Source: Candidatus Nanoarchaeia archaeon (GTDB lineage Archaea; Nanobdellota; Nanobdellia; Woesearchaeales; UBA12501). Taken from it: 63,860 nt of DNA. The stretch covers positions 1-63,860 of the forward strand of contig DATDYN010000017.1 in the NCBI GenBank assembly GCA_035289005.1. Direction: 5' to 3'. The position numbers and the translations under genes were made by a program. Under the pieces are notes generated by a model. The model was given only the letters and a program-made list of their open reading frames with translations. It had not been told where the DNA came from and did no database searches. Shown piece by piece: positions 18,996 through 27,531 of the stretch; within the stretch, counting starts at the first letter, position 1; each line of letters starts with the position of its first letter.

Positions 18996-19664
18996 ATGGC
19001 TTCTATACCTATGACAAAAACCATTCAATCTTTTCCTGAAGGCGAGCCGGAAGACAGCTTCATGCATGAGCTCAAGATCCCTAAAGAGCGCATAGCAGTA
19101 ATAATCGGGAAGAAAGGGGAAACCAAGCGCCAGCTCGAGGCAGCCACTAAGGCCAGACTTTCTGTGGATTCTATCGATGGGGATGTGAGGATATCGGGCA
19201 ATGATCCCATAATCCTCATGGTCGCGAAAGACATAATCACGGCCATAGGCCGCGGGTTCAGTCCAGACACCGCATTACTGCTCCTGAATCCAGAATATGG
19301 TCTGGAGATGATAGATATAAGGGAATACGCAGGAAAGAGCAAGAATAAGGCTTTGCGCATAAAATCCAGAGTCATCGGCACTGAAGGGAAGAGCAGAGTC
19401 AATCTTGAACGATTGACAGAAACTTATTTCTCAGTCTATGGCAAGACTATCGCTATAATCGGCAAGCCCGAGAATGTGTTCTTCGCGAGAAGGGCAGTCG
19501 AGAAGTTGCTTGAAGGGGCTGAGCATTCGACAGTCTATCGCTGGCTTGAGAAGAAGCGCAAAGAGTTCGTGCATGGATCATTAAGCGCCGAAGACCTGCA
19601 GCTGAGAGAGACTGGCGATAAAGACAACACTTCATCTGAAGACAGCGATGAAGATCCAGATTAA
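18996..19664 (+). CDS. KH-domain RNA-binding protein (Dim2/Pno1-like) with acidic tail
   Basis: Two KH-like units (IPKERIAVIIGKKGETKRQLE; RVIGTEGKSRVNLE). Its location near the Rio kinase is common for archaeal ribosome-biogenesis genes. Confidence 0.75.
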   Translation: MASIPMTKTIQSFPEGEPEDSFMHELKIPKERIAVIIGKKGETKRQLEAATKARLSVDSIDGDVRISGNDPIILMVAKDIITAIGRGFSPDTALLLLNPEYGLEMIDIREYAGKSKNKALRIKSRVIGTEGKSRVNLERLTETYFSVYGKTIAIIGKPENVFFARRAVEKLLEGAEHSTVYRWLEKKRKEFVHGSLSAEDLQLRETGDKDNTSSEDSDEDPD

Positions 19665-19719
19665 GAAAGCGATTAGGTATTTTTTCATTCTTATATGACA
19701 TCCTAACTTCTGCGTAAAA

Positions 19720-19851
19720 GCGATTCTGGACATAACTGCCCTGAATCACTCTTTTTTGCCGCTGCTTCTATACGCCTCGTTTCAGTTCTCTAATCATCTG
19801 ATTGTAAAGCAGCGTCAAAAAAGTTTTTCTTGATAGATTCAGGACATCGCC
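19720..19851. mobile_element. MITE-like palindromic element, copy a (degenerate left end)
   Basis: Right TIR GATTCAGGACATCGCC (19836-51). Internal arms CTTTTTTGCCGCTGCTT / AAGCAGCGTCAAAAAAG. Same architecture as copies at 24.1, 37.7, 50.2 and 63.2 kb. Confidence 0.5.
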
Positions 19852-19932
19852 GTTCAAAAAGTTAACTTTTTAAACAAATGCCTCTGTGCATGAATCAACG
19901 CGTTCAACCTTAGCATTATCCCGAGAGAACGC

Positions 19933-21726
19933 GTGATAAAAAAAGGTTCAAAGAGTGATATAATAGCACAGACAACGCTTTCTGGCAGCAAGGACAAGAA
20001 AGAGAGTGACGATCAGCCTATAGCGCACAAGCTCGCTGAGAAGCAGAGAGAGATCTCAGTAGCGGAATTCTTCGAGAAGAACAGGCACTTGCTCGGTTTT
20101 GACAACAAGAAGAAAGCCATCCTCACAGCGATCAAGGAAGCTGTCGATAACAGCCTTGACGCGTGCGAAGAGGCCAGAGTCCTCCCTGAGATCTCTGTCG
20201 AGATAATAGATATGCAGAATGACCGTTACAGGATAATCGTAGAAGACAATGGTCCTGGAATCGTCAAGAAGCAGATCCCTAATATATTCGCAAGGCTCCT
20301 ATATGGTTCGAAATTCCACAGCATGAAGCAAAGCAGGGGCCAGCAGGGGATAGGGATAAGCGCCGCAGCGCTTTATGGGCAGCTCACTACCGGAAGGCCG
20401 ATAAAGATCGTCTCAAGGATAGCCAAGGATCATCCTGCGCATTATTACGAATTGAGGATCAACACCCAGAACAACATGCCCGAGATACTCAAAGAGGGAG
20501 AAGCTCCGTTCTCAAGAGACCATGGCACCCGTATAGAGCTAGATCTTGAAGCTACTTATTCCTCAGGTCCTCAGTCAGTCGACGCATACATGAAGCAGAC
20601 TGCCATAGTGAATCCGCACGCCACATTGATATTCACAAATCCTAAGGCAGAGCAGATAATCTTCGCAAGAGCGACTGAAGAATTGCCTAAAGAGCCTAAA
20701 GAGATAAAACCCCATCCTTACGGGATTGAAGTTGGGATGCTCATAAAGATGCTGAGCAATACTGAATCAAGGACATTGCAGAGTTTCCTCACTAATGATT
20801 TTTCGCGCGTCAGCTCAACAGTCGCGAAAGAGATATGCGACGCTGCTGAAGTGCTACCGAACTTCAAGCCTTCAGAAGTCACCCGTGACCAGGCTGAAAG
20901 GATGATTCAGGCTATAAGGAAAACAAAGATAATGGCTCCTCCGACGGACTGCATAAGTCCTATCGGCGAGGAATTGCTTGAGAAAGGGCTTAAGAAAGAG
21001 ATAAATGCCGAATTCTATTGCGCGACAAGCCGCAGCCCTGATGTCTATCGCGGCAATCCTTTCCAGGTAGAGGCAGCTATAGCTTACGGGGGAGATCTCC
21101 CTGCTGATAAACCTGTCAGGATAATGAGATTCGCTAATAGGGTGCCTTTGCTCTATCAGCAGAGCGCTTGCGCAATCAATGAGAGCATGATCGAGACAGG
21201 GTGGAGAGCTTACGGATTGAGCCAGAGCCAGGATTCTTTACCTGTAGGTCCTGCAGTCATTGTCGTCCACATCGCCTCAGTCTGGGCCCCATTCACTTCT
21301 GAAGCTAAAGAGGCTATCGCGCATTATCCCGAGATCATCAAGGAAGTCAAGCTCGCCCTACAGGAATGCGGTCGCAAACTCGCGCAGTACACTCTCAAGA
21401 AAAGAAAATACACTGACGAGCTCAAGAAGCGCGGCTATATCGAGAAATATATACCTTTTGTAGCACAGGTCCTCAAAGAGATGCTCTCGCTGAAGAAAGA
21501 GAATGAAGAAGCGATCAAGACCGGGCTGAAAGAAATTCTTGAGAAGAAGAGAGGCAAGCTTGAAGATGTCTCTATGGAGAATGAGGAGTACGATGAGGAT
21601 TTCGCGAAGATCGGCGCTGATGATTCCAGTGAGAAGAGTGATGAAGAAGAAGGCGATGATGGAGAAGATGATGGGAAGAAGAGCGATTCAGGCCATAAAG
21701 GCAAGCCGTCAAAGCGGGAGAAGTGA
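19933..21726 (+). CDS. top6B: DNA topoisomerase VI subunit B
   Basis: GHKL ATPase motifs ([25 protein letters not shown]), transducer region, GTG start, acidic C-terminal tail. Confidence 0.95.
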   Translation: MIKKGSKSDIIAQTTLSGSKDKKESDDQPIAHKLAEKQREISVAEFFEKNRHLLGFDNKKKAILTAIKEAVDNSLDACEEARVLPEISVEIIDMQNDRYRIIVEDNGPGIVKKQIPNIFARLLYGSKFHSMKQSRGQQGIGISAAALYGQLTTGRPIKIVSRIAKDHPAHYYELRINTQNNMPEILKEGEAPFSRDHGTRIELDLEATYSSGPQSVDAYMKQTAIVNPHATLIFTNPKAEQIIFARATEELPKEPKEIKPHPYGIEVGMLIKMLSNTESRTLQSFLTNDFSRVSSTVAKEICDAAEVLPNFKPSEVTRDQAERMIQAIRKTKIMAPPTDCISPIGEELLEKGLKKEINAEFYCATSRSPDVYRGNPFQVEAAIAYGGDLPADKPVRIMRFANRVPLLYQQSACAINESMIETGWRAYGLSQSQDSLPVGPAVIVVHIASVWAPFTSEAKEAIAHYPEIIKEVKLALQECGRKLAQYTLKKRKYTDELKKRGYIEKYIPFVAQVLKEMLSLKKENEEAIKTGLKEILEKKRGKLEDVSMENEEYDEDFAKIGADDSSEKSDEEEGDDGEDDGKKSDSGHKGKPSKREK

Positions 21727-22814
21727 CATTCATGGTTGACATGATCAAGAACATCAAGGAGACAGCGGACAAGATCTACAAGACAATCCTCAAGAAAGAG
21801 GCTCCAGAGCTTGAGATGCCTTTGCGCTCCTTGCAGAATGTCGATTATGATCCTAAGAAAGGATTCTTTGAGCTGAAAGGGAAGATGGTCATGCGCACTC
21901 TTTCAGCAGGCACGATAAAGACTTTCGCACAGACATTGCTGATGATGAACGAGTCAAGAAAGCTTGTCGAGACAGATGACATAGCCACAAAGAGAGAGAT
22001 ATATTACGTCAGCAAGAACTGGGGCGAGGCTATGTTTCACGAGCAGCCAGAGTCTGACACTGTCATGGACGATATAGAGGCGATGTTCGGCGTGAACAGG
22101 GAGCAGTTAGGCTATATCGCAGATGAGCATGGCGGCGCAGTCGCTGGAGAGCTCATAGTCATTGACAAGGACCCTAACACTGGCAAAGAGATAAAGATTG
22201 ACTGCACAAAGTTCGGGAGCGGCGCGTATTCCATCCCCTCAAATGTCGAACATCTCGAGTTCGAGACAAAAGCGAAATTCATAATAGCGATAGAGACCAA
22301 TGGTATGTTCGAGCGCCTCAACAAGCACGGCTATTGGAAAAGCGCGGACTGCATACTCATCAGCATGGGCGGAGTCCCGACAAGAGCCTGCAGAAGATTT
22401 GTCAGAAGGCTCGCGGACGCTAAGAGACTGCCAGTGCTTGTGTTCACTGACGGCGATCCTTACGGCTATCTCAATATCTACCGTACACTGAAAGTAGGTT
22501 CAGGCAACGCAGCGCACATCAACCAGTTCTTCTGCGTGCCGCAAGCGAAATTCATAGGTGTTACACCGCAGGATATCCTTGATTATAAGCTTCCCACTCA
22601 TCCATTGAAAGAAGTGGACATCAAGAGAGTCAAGGATGGGATGAAGAACGATCCTTTCGTGCAGGAGCACAAGGAATGGGAGAGAGCGCTCAATCTCATA
22701 CTCAGCATGGGCAAGAGGGCAGAGCAGCAGGCTTTCGCGAAGTACAGCCTCAATTATGTCATTGACAAGTATCTGCCTGACAAGCTCAAGAACGAGAAGA
22801 CATGGCTGCCGTAA
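21723..22814 (+). CDS. top6A: DNA topoisomerase VI subunit A (Spo11 homologue)
   Basis: Catalytic region REIYYVS and Toprim [13 protein letters not shown] / [12 protein letters not shown]-like segment. The start overlaps the top6B stop (GTG 21723; alternative ATG 21732). Confidence 0.95.
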   Translation: MTFMVDMIKNIKETADKIYKTILKKEAPELEMPLRSLQNVDYDPKKGFFELKGKMVMRTLSAGTIKTFAQTLLMMNESRKLVETDDIATKREIYYVSKNWGEAMFHEQPESDTVMDDIEAMFGVNREQLGYIADEHGGAVAGELIVIDKDPNTGKEIKIDCTKFGSGAYSIPSNVEHLEFETKAKFIIAIETNGMFERLNKHGYWKSADCILISMGGVPTRACRRFVRRLADAKRLPVLVFTDGDPYGYLNIYRTLKVGSGNAAHINQFFCVPQAKFIGVTPQDILDYKLPTHPLKEVDIKRVKDGMKNDPFVQEHKEWERALNLILSMGKRAEQQAFAKYSLNYVIDKYLPDKLKNEKTWLP

Positions 22815-22846
22815 TATTTCTATAATCTCCCCGCTTCTGTCAGCCT

Positions 22847-23197
22847 GTGGTTGGAAAAGCAGTGTTTTTAGTGGTTGCGCTATTGCTAATGGCGCAGGTG
22901 TCGCTTGCTGCCGAGAATTCTCTAGTCATCACTCTTATCTACGGGAGCGCTATAGTTGAGCATTCATTCAATCTCTCTGAAACAAAAGACGTAAAAATCA
23001 TCCTTCCTCTTGACGCTGAAGTCGCCGCTATTGACGAGAAGGCCGGCCTGAAAGCTGTCAGGGCAGAGAAAGCCCGCGCTGAAGCTTCAGAGAAAATCCG
23101 CACAGAGAAAGAAGTCACTGCGAAATGGACTGGCAGGACTGATGTTGAGTCAGGAAAGCCTGAAGTCGAGAAAGGAAGCAAGGGAAAAGCCAAGTGA
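22847..23197 (+). CDS. Small secreted Lys/Glu-rich protein
   Basis: Signal peptide VFLVVALLLMAQVSLAAE. A T-run follows the stop. Confidence 0.4.
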   Translation: MVGKAVFLVVALLLMAQVSLAAENSLVITLIYGSAIVEHSFNLSETKDVKIILPLDAEVAAIDEKAGLKAVRAEKARAEASEKIRTEKEVTAKWTGRTDVESGKPEVEKGSKGKAK

Positions 23198-23205
23198 TGA
23201 CTTGA

Positions 23206-23222
23206 TTTTTTTCTTTTTTTTT
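23206..23222 (+). terminator. Oligo-T tract (archaeal-type terminator candidate)
   Basis: ATTTTTTTTCTTTTTTTTT begins 9 nt downstream of the stop at 23197. Confidence 0.35.
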
Positions 23223-23279
23223 AGATTTTCTATATATTTTTTAGATATATTTTTATATTCCTGCTCTTATTCCTGCTTC

Positions 23280-23516
23280 ATGAGAAAAGATCTCGCGCTG
23301 AAGACGATACTTGGCATCTCTGTCATGGGCATGCTTTTCTCTGGCTATCTCTCCTATAATGAGCTGTTCAAGAGCGTTTGCGTCTTTGGCGGATGCGCTT
23401 ACGTGCTCTGGCTGCCGTCCTGCGTGTATGGATTCATCATGTATCTGATCGTCTTTGTGATAAGCATTCTAGGGCTGAAATCTGGTAAATGGGCGGGTTT
23501 CTTGAAGACGATTTAA
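23280..23516 (+). CDS. Small 2-TM cysteine-containing membrane protein (loosely VKOR-like; tentative)
   Basis: Internal Met of ORF 23142-23516, preceded by an AT-rich TATA-like stretch. MRKDLALKTILGISVMGMLFSGYLSYNELFKSVCVFGGCAYVLWLPSCVYGFIMYLIVF. Confidence 0.4.
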   Translation: MRKDLALKTILGISVMGMLFSGYLSYNELFKSVCVFGGCAYVLWLPSCVYGFIMYLIVFVISILGLKSGKWAGFLKTI

Positions 23517-23597
23517 TCTGTGTTAGTCATGGTATAGATCTTGATTGGAGAAAGAATAATCGCAATATTTACATACCATATCTAACTATAGTGTGCT

Positions 23598-23816
23598 ATG
23601 GCTACCACTATTCAGATAAGCTCCGAGCTGCAGACAGAGCTTTCCAAGCGCAAATTCACCGAGAGAGAAACCTACGAAGAAATCATCTGGGACTTAGTTG
23701 AAGACACCAAAGAGCTGAATGAAGAGACCAAGAAAGAATTAGCTGAATCCCGCGCTGAGATCAAGAAAGGCAAATTCTTCACTTTTGAACAAGTGAAGAA
23801 GGACGCAGAATTGTGA
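23598..23816 (+). CDS. Type II antitoxin (RelB/ParD-like, 72 aa)
   Basis: Small acidic protein whose stop overlaps the toxin start (GTGATG context). Position and size fit a type II TA pair. Confidence 0.6.
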   Translation: MATTIQISSELQTELSKRKFTERETYEEIIWDLVEDTKELNEETKKELAESRAEIKKGKFFTFEQVKKDAEL

Positions 23817-24064
23817 TGTATTCAGTCATCTTCTCAGACAAATCCCGAAAACAATTCCTGAAGCTAGAGAAAGGCGTGCAGGAGCGCATTGTCTGCGTCC
23901 TGGAAAGGATCAAGCTCAGGCCTGAAGCGTTCATCACAAAACTTGTCGGAGATGAAGGCTATAAGTTCAGGGTTGTGGATTATAGGATAATCCTTGATAT
24001 CGACAAAGGCAGGTTATTGATTCTTGTGATCAAGATCAGGCATAGGAAGAATGTCTACGATTGA
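23813..24064 (+). CDS. RelE/ParE-family toxin (83 aa)
   Basis: MYSVIFSDKSRKQFLKLEKGVQERIVCVLERI...GYKFRVVDYRIILDIDKGRLLILVIKIRHRKNVY matches the RelE/StbE pattern. Confidence 0.75.
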   Translation: MMYSVIFSDKSRKQFLKLEKGVQERIVCVLERIKLRPEAFITKLVGDEGYKFRVVDYRIILDIDKGRLLILVIKIRHRKNVYD

Positions 24065-24105
24065 GACGGTGATTAAGAGGGAGAATCAGCCTTATTGCTG
24101 TTATC

Positions 24106-24228
24106 GGTTCAGTCCTGAATCGTCTTTTTTTGTCGTTGCTTGAATAGCCATTCTTGAAGAAGCATTGATTGCGGGAAACCTGCAAGCAACGACAAAAAAG
24201 TCTTTCTTTAAAGATCCAGGACATCGCC
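24106..24228. mobile_element. MITE-like palindromic element, copy b
   Basis: GGTTCAGTCCTGAATC ... CCAGGACATCGCC termini. Internal arms CTTTTTTTGTCGTTGCTT / AAGCAACGACAAAAAAG. Confidence 0.55.
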
Positions 24229-24277
24229 AATGTTCTCACAATCTTTATAAACAGCCCGGATTCTTTGAGTCGTGCAC

Positions 24278-24381
24278 GGACTCGTTGCCTAGCCTGGATA
24301 AGGTACCAGCCTTCTAAGCTGGGGATCGTGGGTTCAAAAACGCTCTGCTTAAGGCAGGCATTGGAAGTCCCACCGAGTCCG
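24278..24381 (+). tRNA. tRNA-Arg(TCT) with a ~29-nt intron in the T-loop
   Basis: Acceptor GGACTCG/CGAGTCC, D-arm GCCT-AGCCTGGATA-AGGT, anticodon arm CCAGC-CTTCTAA-GCTGG, T-stem GTGGG/CCCAC. T-loop TTCAAA|AACGCTCTGCTTAAGGCAGGCATTGGAAG|T (intron about 24339-24367). TATA-like TTTATAAA at 24244-51. Confidence 0.8.
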
Positions 24382-24435
24382 TTTATGCTTAAAGAGCGAG
24401 AAAGTATATGTTCAAAGAAGTCCTTCACATTCATC

Positions 24436-24531
24436 GGCGGTGTGGCCAAACGGCTAAGGCATTCGGCTGCAAAGTGCAGAATATCGCATGTCAGTTCCCG
24501 AAGATCCTGGGTTCAAATCCCAGCACCGCCT
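24436..24531 (+). tRNA. tRNA-Cys(GCA) with a ~24-nt canonical (37/38) intron
   Basis: Acceptor GGCGGTG/CACCGCC, discriminator U (a tRNA-Cys identity element), anticodon stem TTCGG/CCGAA, loop CTGCAA|intron|C with the intron pairing to the anticodon (CTGCA..TGCAG). T-arm CTGGG-TTCAAAT-CCCAG. TATA-like AAAGTATATG at 24401-10. Confidence 0.8.
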
Positions 24532-24689
24532 TTCATGTTTGTAAGTGAGTTGCAGGGTTGAGCGAAGCGAGTGCTCTGCTGCGGGTACCTCTAGGGTGGC
24601 AACCCTGAGGTGAGAATCCCAGCACCGCCTTTCATGTTTGTAAGTGAGTTGCAGGGTTGAGCGAAGCGAGTGCTCTGCTGCGGGTACCT
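24516..24689 (+). repeat. Exact 75-nt direct repeat (period 99 nt) covering the tRNA-Cys 3' end plus 59 nt of trailer
   Basis: 24516-24590 is identical to 24615-24689 (AATCCCAGCACCGCCTTTCATG...GCGGGTACCT), separated by the 24-nt CTAGGGTGGCAACCCTGAGGTGAG. Confidence 0.95.
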
Positions 24690-24788
24690 AGTTCATATTT
24701 ATTGTGCAATTTTGCAGCTTTATTCGGGAGATTCCGAGCATAGCGAGGACATCTCCCTAACGGCGGGATCGAGGAACAAGACCCTCGT

Positions 24789-24834
24789 TAGGGTGGTAAT
24801 CCTGAGGTGAGAATTCATGCACCGCCTTCATCGT
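24789..24834 (+). repeat. Third, diverged partial copy of spacer + tRNA-Cys 3' end
   Basis: TTAGGGTGGTAATCCTGAGGTGAGAATTCATGCACCGCCTTCATCG versus CTAGGGTGGCAACCCTGAGGTGAGAATCCCAGCACCGCCTTTCATG. Confidence 0.8.
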
Positions 24835-24873
24835 TGTTCGAGAGTTTATTGTGAGCAATAACATCGTGAGATC

Positions 24874-25329
24874 ATGCCAAGCTGTGACATATGCGGAACT
24901 TCAGGACGGCTTGTGAGAGCCCTAGTCGAAGGCACAGAGATGTCTGTCTGCGAAGGATGCTCTAAGTACGGTAAAGTCCTCCAGACTTCGGTCACTTTTG
25001 TCAAGAAGACTGAGGAAGTGAAGAAGGTCATCAAGAAGCCTGAAGTGGTCACAATAATCATGGACGGTTATGGCAGGAAAGTCAAGAAAGCGCGTGAGAA
25101 GCTCGGCCTTACTCAGGAGGAGTTAGGCAAGAAAGTTAATGAGCGCGAATCAGTGCTGCAGGGGATAGAGAATGAGAAGACAAAACCAGACCTAGAGACC
25201 GCGAGAAAGCTTGAGAAAGCTTTAGGGATAACCCTTGTCGAGCAGTTCGAGGATGAAGGCACTGTAGTGCGGGGAAAGCAGACCAAAGAGTTCACTCTAG
25301 GCGACATGATCAAGCTGAGAAAGAGATGA
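24874..25329 (+). CDS. mbf1: Archaeal multiprotein bridging factor 1 (aMBF1)
   Basis: N-terminal zinc ribbon CDICG...CEGC plus a C-terminal Cro/C1 HTH (AREKLGLTQEELGKKVNERESVLQGIENEKTKPDLETARKLEKALGITL). Confidence 0.9.
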   Translation: MPSCDICGTSGRLVRALVEGTEMSVCEGCSKYGKVLQTSVTFVKKTEEVKKVIKKPEVVTIIMDGYGRKVKKAREKLGLTQEELGKKVNERESVLQGIENEKTKPDLETARKLEKALGITLVEQFEDEGTVVRGKQTKEFTLGDMIKLRKR

Positions 25330-25335
25330 GAGTTT

Positions 25336-26847
25336 CTAAATGCCATAGTCTGTGAATAATATCCTGTAAGGATTCTTGTCAATGCCATAGCCGTATTTTA
25401 TCTTCATCATCTCATCAACAGTTTCAAGGTAGGTCATCGTCATAGGCCTTAAGGGCACGCATGCGGACATATTGCCCAATATCGCGAATCTCTCATTCTC
25501 AAACAAAGGCTTTCGCGTATCGATGAATCCTCTGTCATGGGTGTAGTTCGGCTCGTAAGCCCGCTTAAACAGCAGGAGATAGTATCCTTGAGCAAGATAA
25601 GAATCAACAGTCGCAGGCCAGGGAGCTATCTCCGCAGTCCTTCCTTTATAGTTCAGGAACACCCATTCATTGGATTTTAGCGCGCAGGAATCAATCCCTA
25701 GCTCGTTTGTTTTCCTAAGAGCTTCATCGTAGAGCTCCCCTTTCAAGCCGAAAGGGAGCAGCGCAACGCAGAATGATATTGACAGTGCGAATATGATGAT
25801 CACTATCCTTTTAGCGTGCTTCTCAGTCATCACCAATTTCATCCCTAAAACCATTGATTCTCGCGGCTTCAGCGCTTCCGCAGCGAAGAAGACTAAGGGT
25901 ATTGTCAGCACGAAGAGATAGCGGTCGAATTTCATGGGTGTTGTGATGTATGTGAACACTGTCAGAATAGCTACTGAGACCATGATCAGCCCGATCTTAT
26001 AAGTTCTCAGGAATTCAATAAGGCGTTTCAATGAGAAAATCTTAGTATCTCTTATCTGTTGCCTTAATGATGCCATTGAGAAAGTTATTCCAAGAATAGT
26101 CAGGGGCAGCAGGATGTTGGCGCTCTCGAGGAAGTGCATGATGCTTGGAGCCATATGGATGTAAGACCTTAATTTGATGTTCTGCGCATAACTGTCAGCG
26201 ATGCTTGTGAGAGGATTCCCTGTGAAGAGATAGTTCGCAATCAGCCAGGGAGAGACTGTCAGTGCCGCAATGCCGGCATTCTTCATTATCTTCTCAATCT
26301 TTCCATGGAACAGCAGCAGCGCAACAAAAGGCATTATAGTATATTTCGCAAGGAATGCCAGCCCCAGAAACAGTCCGGATATCTCTTTTGGTCTGCTCTC
26401 AATAATCTCCGTAATGAAAAGTTCAATCAGCGCGAGCATCAGAAGCTCTGTGCCCGCGAAAGTGGCGAACATGAGGACGAAAGCGTTAAGGCTCAGCCCA
26501 TACATTATCTTCCTGTCAATCCTGCAGGCGTCAGCCATCCGTATGGTGGAATAAAGGAATAATACGGAGACTGAGAGGATAGTCAGGATCGCTGCCGCTT
26601 CTCTGCCAAGTGCCCCGAATATGAAGAACAGGACAGAAATAAGTGGGGGGCGCAGTATCTCAAGGTATTGTCCATTGCCAGCCCAATACTCCGCGTTCAT
26701 CTGGTAGCTGATGAAATCCCAGGAAAGATGGGAGAAGTGTTGTGCGATGAAATACGAAGCTGATAGTAAGAACAATGCAGCTATAATCCTGTTCTCAGAG
26801 ATCAAGGCCTTTATCCTTAATATCTTAGAATTCATCAGATCCTTCAT
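25336..26847 (-). CDS. Polytopic GT-C-like membrane protein with C-terminal soluble domain
   Basis: 503 aa with roughly 11-12 TM segments and then a ~130-aa tail. It is the last gene of the minus-strand glycosylation operon, and its architecture matches the two upstream STT3-like paralogues. Confidence 0.4.
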   Translation of the reverse strand: MKDLMNSKILRIKALISENRIIAALFLLSASYFIAQHFSHLSWDFISYQMNAEYWAGNGQYLEILRPPLISVLFFIFGALGREAAAILTILSVSVLFLYSTIRMADACRIDRKIMYGLSLNAFVLMFATFAGTELLMLALIELFITEIIESRPKEISGLFLGLAFLAKYTIMPFVALLLFHGKIEKIMKNAGIAALTVSPWLIANYLFTGNPLTSIADSYAQNIKLRSYIHMAPSIMHFLESANILLPLTILGITFSMASLRQQIRDTKIFSLKRLIEFLRTYKIGLIMVSVAILTVFTYITTPMKFDRYLFVLTIPLVFFAAEALKPRESMVLGMKLVMTEKHAKRIVIIIFALSISFCVALLPFGLKGELYDEALRKTNELGIDSCALKSNEWVFLNYKGRTAEIAPWPATVDSYLAQGYYLLLFKRAYEPNYTHDRGFIDTRKPLFENERFAILGNMSACVPLRPMTMTYLETVDEMMKIKYGYGIDKNPYRILFTDYGI

Positions 26848-26871
26848 TTATTGTTCATGCGTATGATCGCA

Positions 26872-27531
26872 TCAATCCGTCTCTGTCATATTCAGCTCTC
26901 TGAATAGTTTTTCTTTTCCCGTGAATCCTTCAAACTTATTATTGTTTATCACTATGGTGGGTGTGCTCTCGACAGAGTATCGCGTCTTAAGAGTATCCAA
27001 CGCCGGATTCCCTATATTGACATCGAAAGAGTACACATTGAATTTCGGGTTCTTCTTATGCACATAAGTCAGGACATGGCCTTGCTCTTCGCAGTCAGCG
27101 CAGTCCCCTTCATTGGAATAAAAATATATCACCAGGTCATAAGTAAGATTGCATTCCTTCTTTGCCTTGTTCAGGAACAGCCAATGCCTCAGCTCAAGCA
27201 GGGAGTAATACTCTTTCAGGTTAACTACCCTTTCATCATCTTTTCCCAATTGGGATTCCATGAATGTCAGCTTAGATCCGAGATTTCCAAGATTGATCGC
27301 CATCTCTGTGCTGTTGACATAATCGCAAGGGCTTTCAGACATCAGCAGATATTGTATCTCATTGCCCATAGTGCTCATCTTTATCTCCTGTTCAAGATTG
27401 TCAACGCTCGCGAGTTTCTTGTTGTTATTGTAGGATCCCAGCATTATCCCTAATATGAAGATGAGTGTTGTTATCGCGAAAGCCGCAAGATAGGCAGAGA
27501 ACTGCAGTTTTTTCCTCTCCATGAAAGTCAT
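26872..27531 (-). CDS. Membrane-anchored thioredoxin-fold protein (CxxC)
   Basis: N-terminal TM, then VIYFYSNEGDCADCEEQGHVL (CADC) and ...ESTPTIVINN (cis-Pro-like). The start overlaps the GT2 stop (ATGA). Confidence 0.5.
   Translation of the reverse strand: MTFMERKKLQFSAYLAAFAITTLIFILGIMLGSYNNNKKLASVDNLEQEIKMSTMGNEIQYLLMSESPCDYVNSTEMAINLGNLGSKLTFMESQLGKDDERVVNLKEYYSLLELRHWLFLNKAKKECNLTYDLVIYFYSNEGDCADCEEQGHVLTYVHKKNPKFNVYSFDVNIGNPALDTLKTRYSVESTPTIVINNNKFEGFTGKEKLFRELNMTETD

Noticed and set aside
24036-24561. ORFs 24036-24449 (minus strand) and 24169-24561 (plus strand)
   Set aside because: They run across a MITE copy and two well-folding tRNA genes, so they are non-coding.
24591-24689. Interpreting the orphan tRNA-Cys 3' copies as bona fide split-tRNA 3' halves
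   Set aside because: No matching extra 5' half (GGCGGTG...) and no complementary leader/trailer pair was found in the window. This is kept only as a low-probability alternative in the finding.
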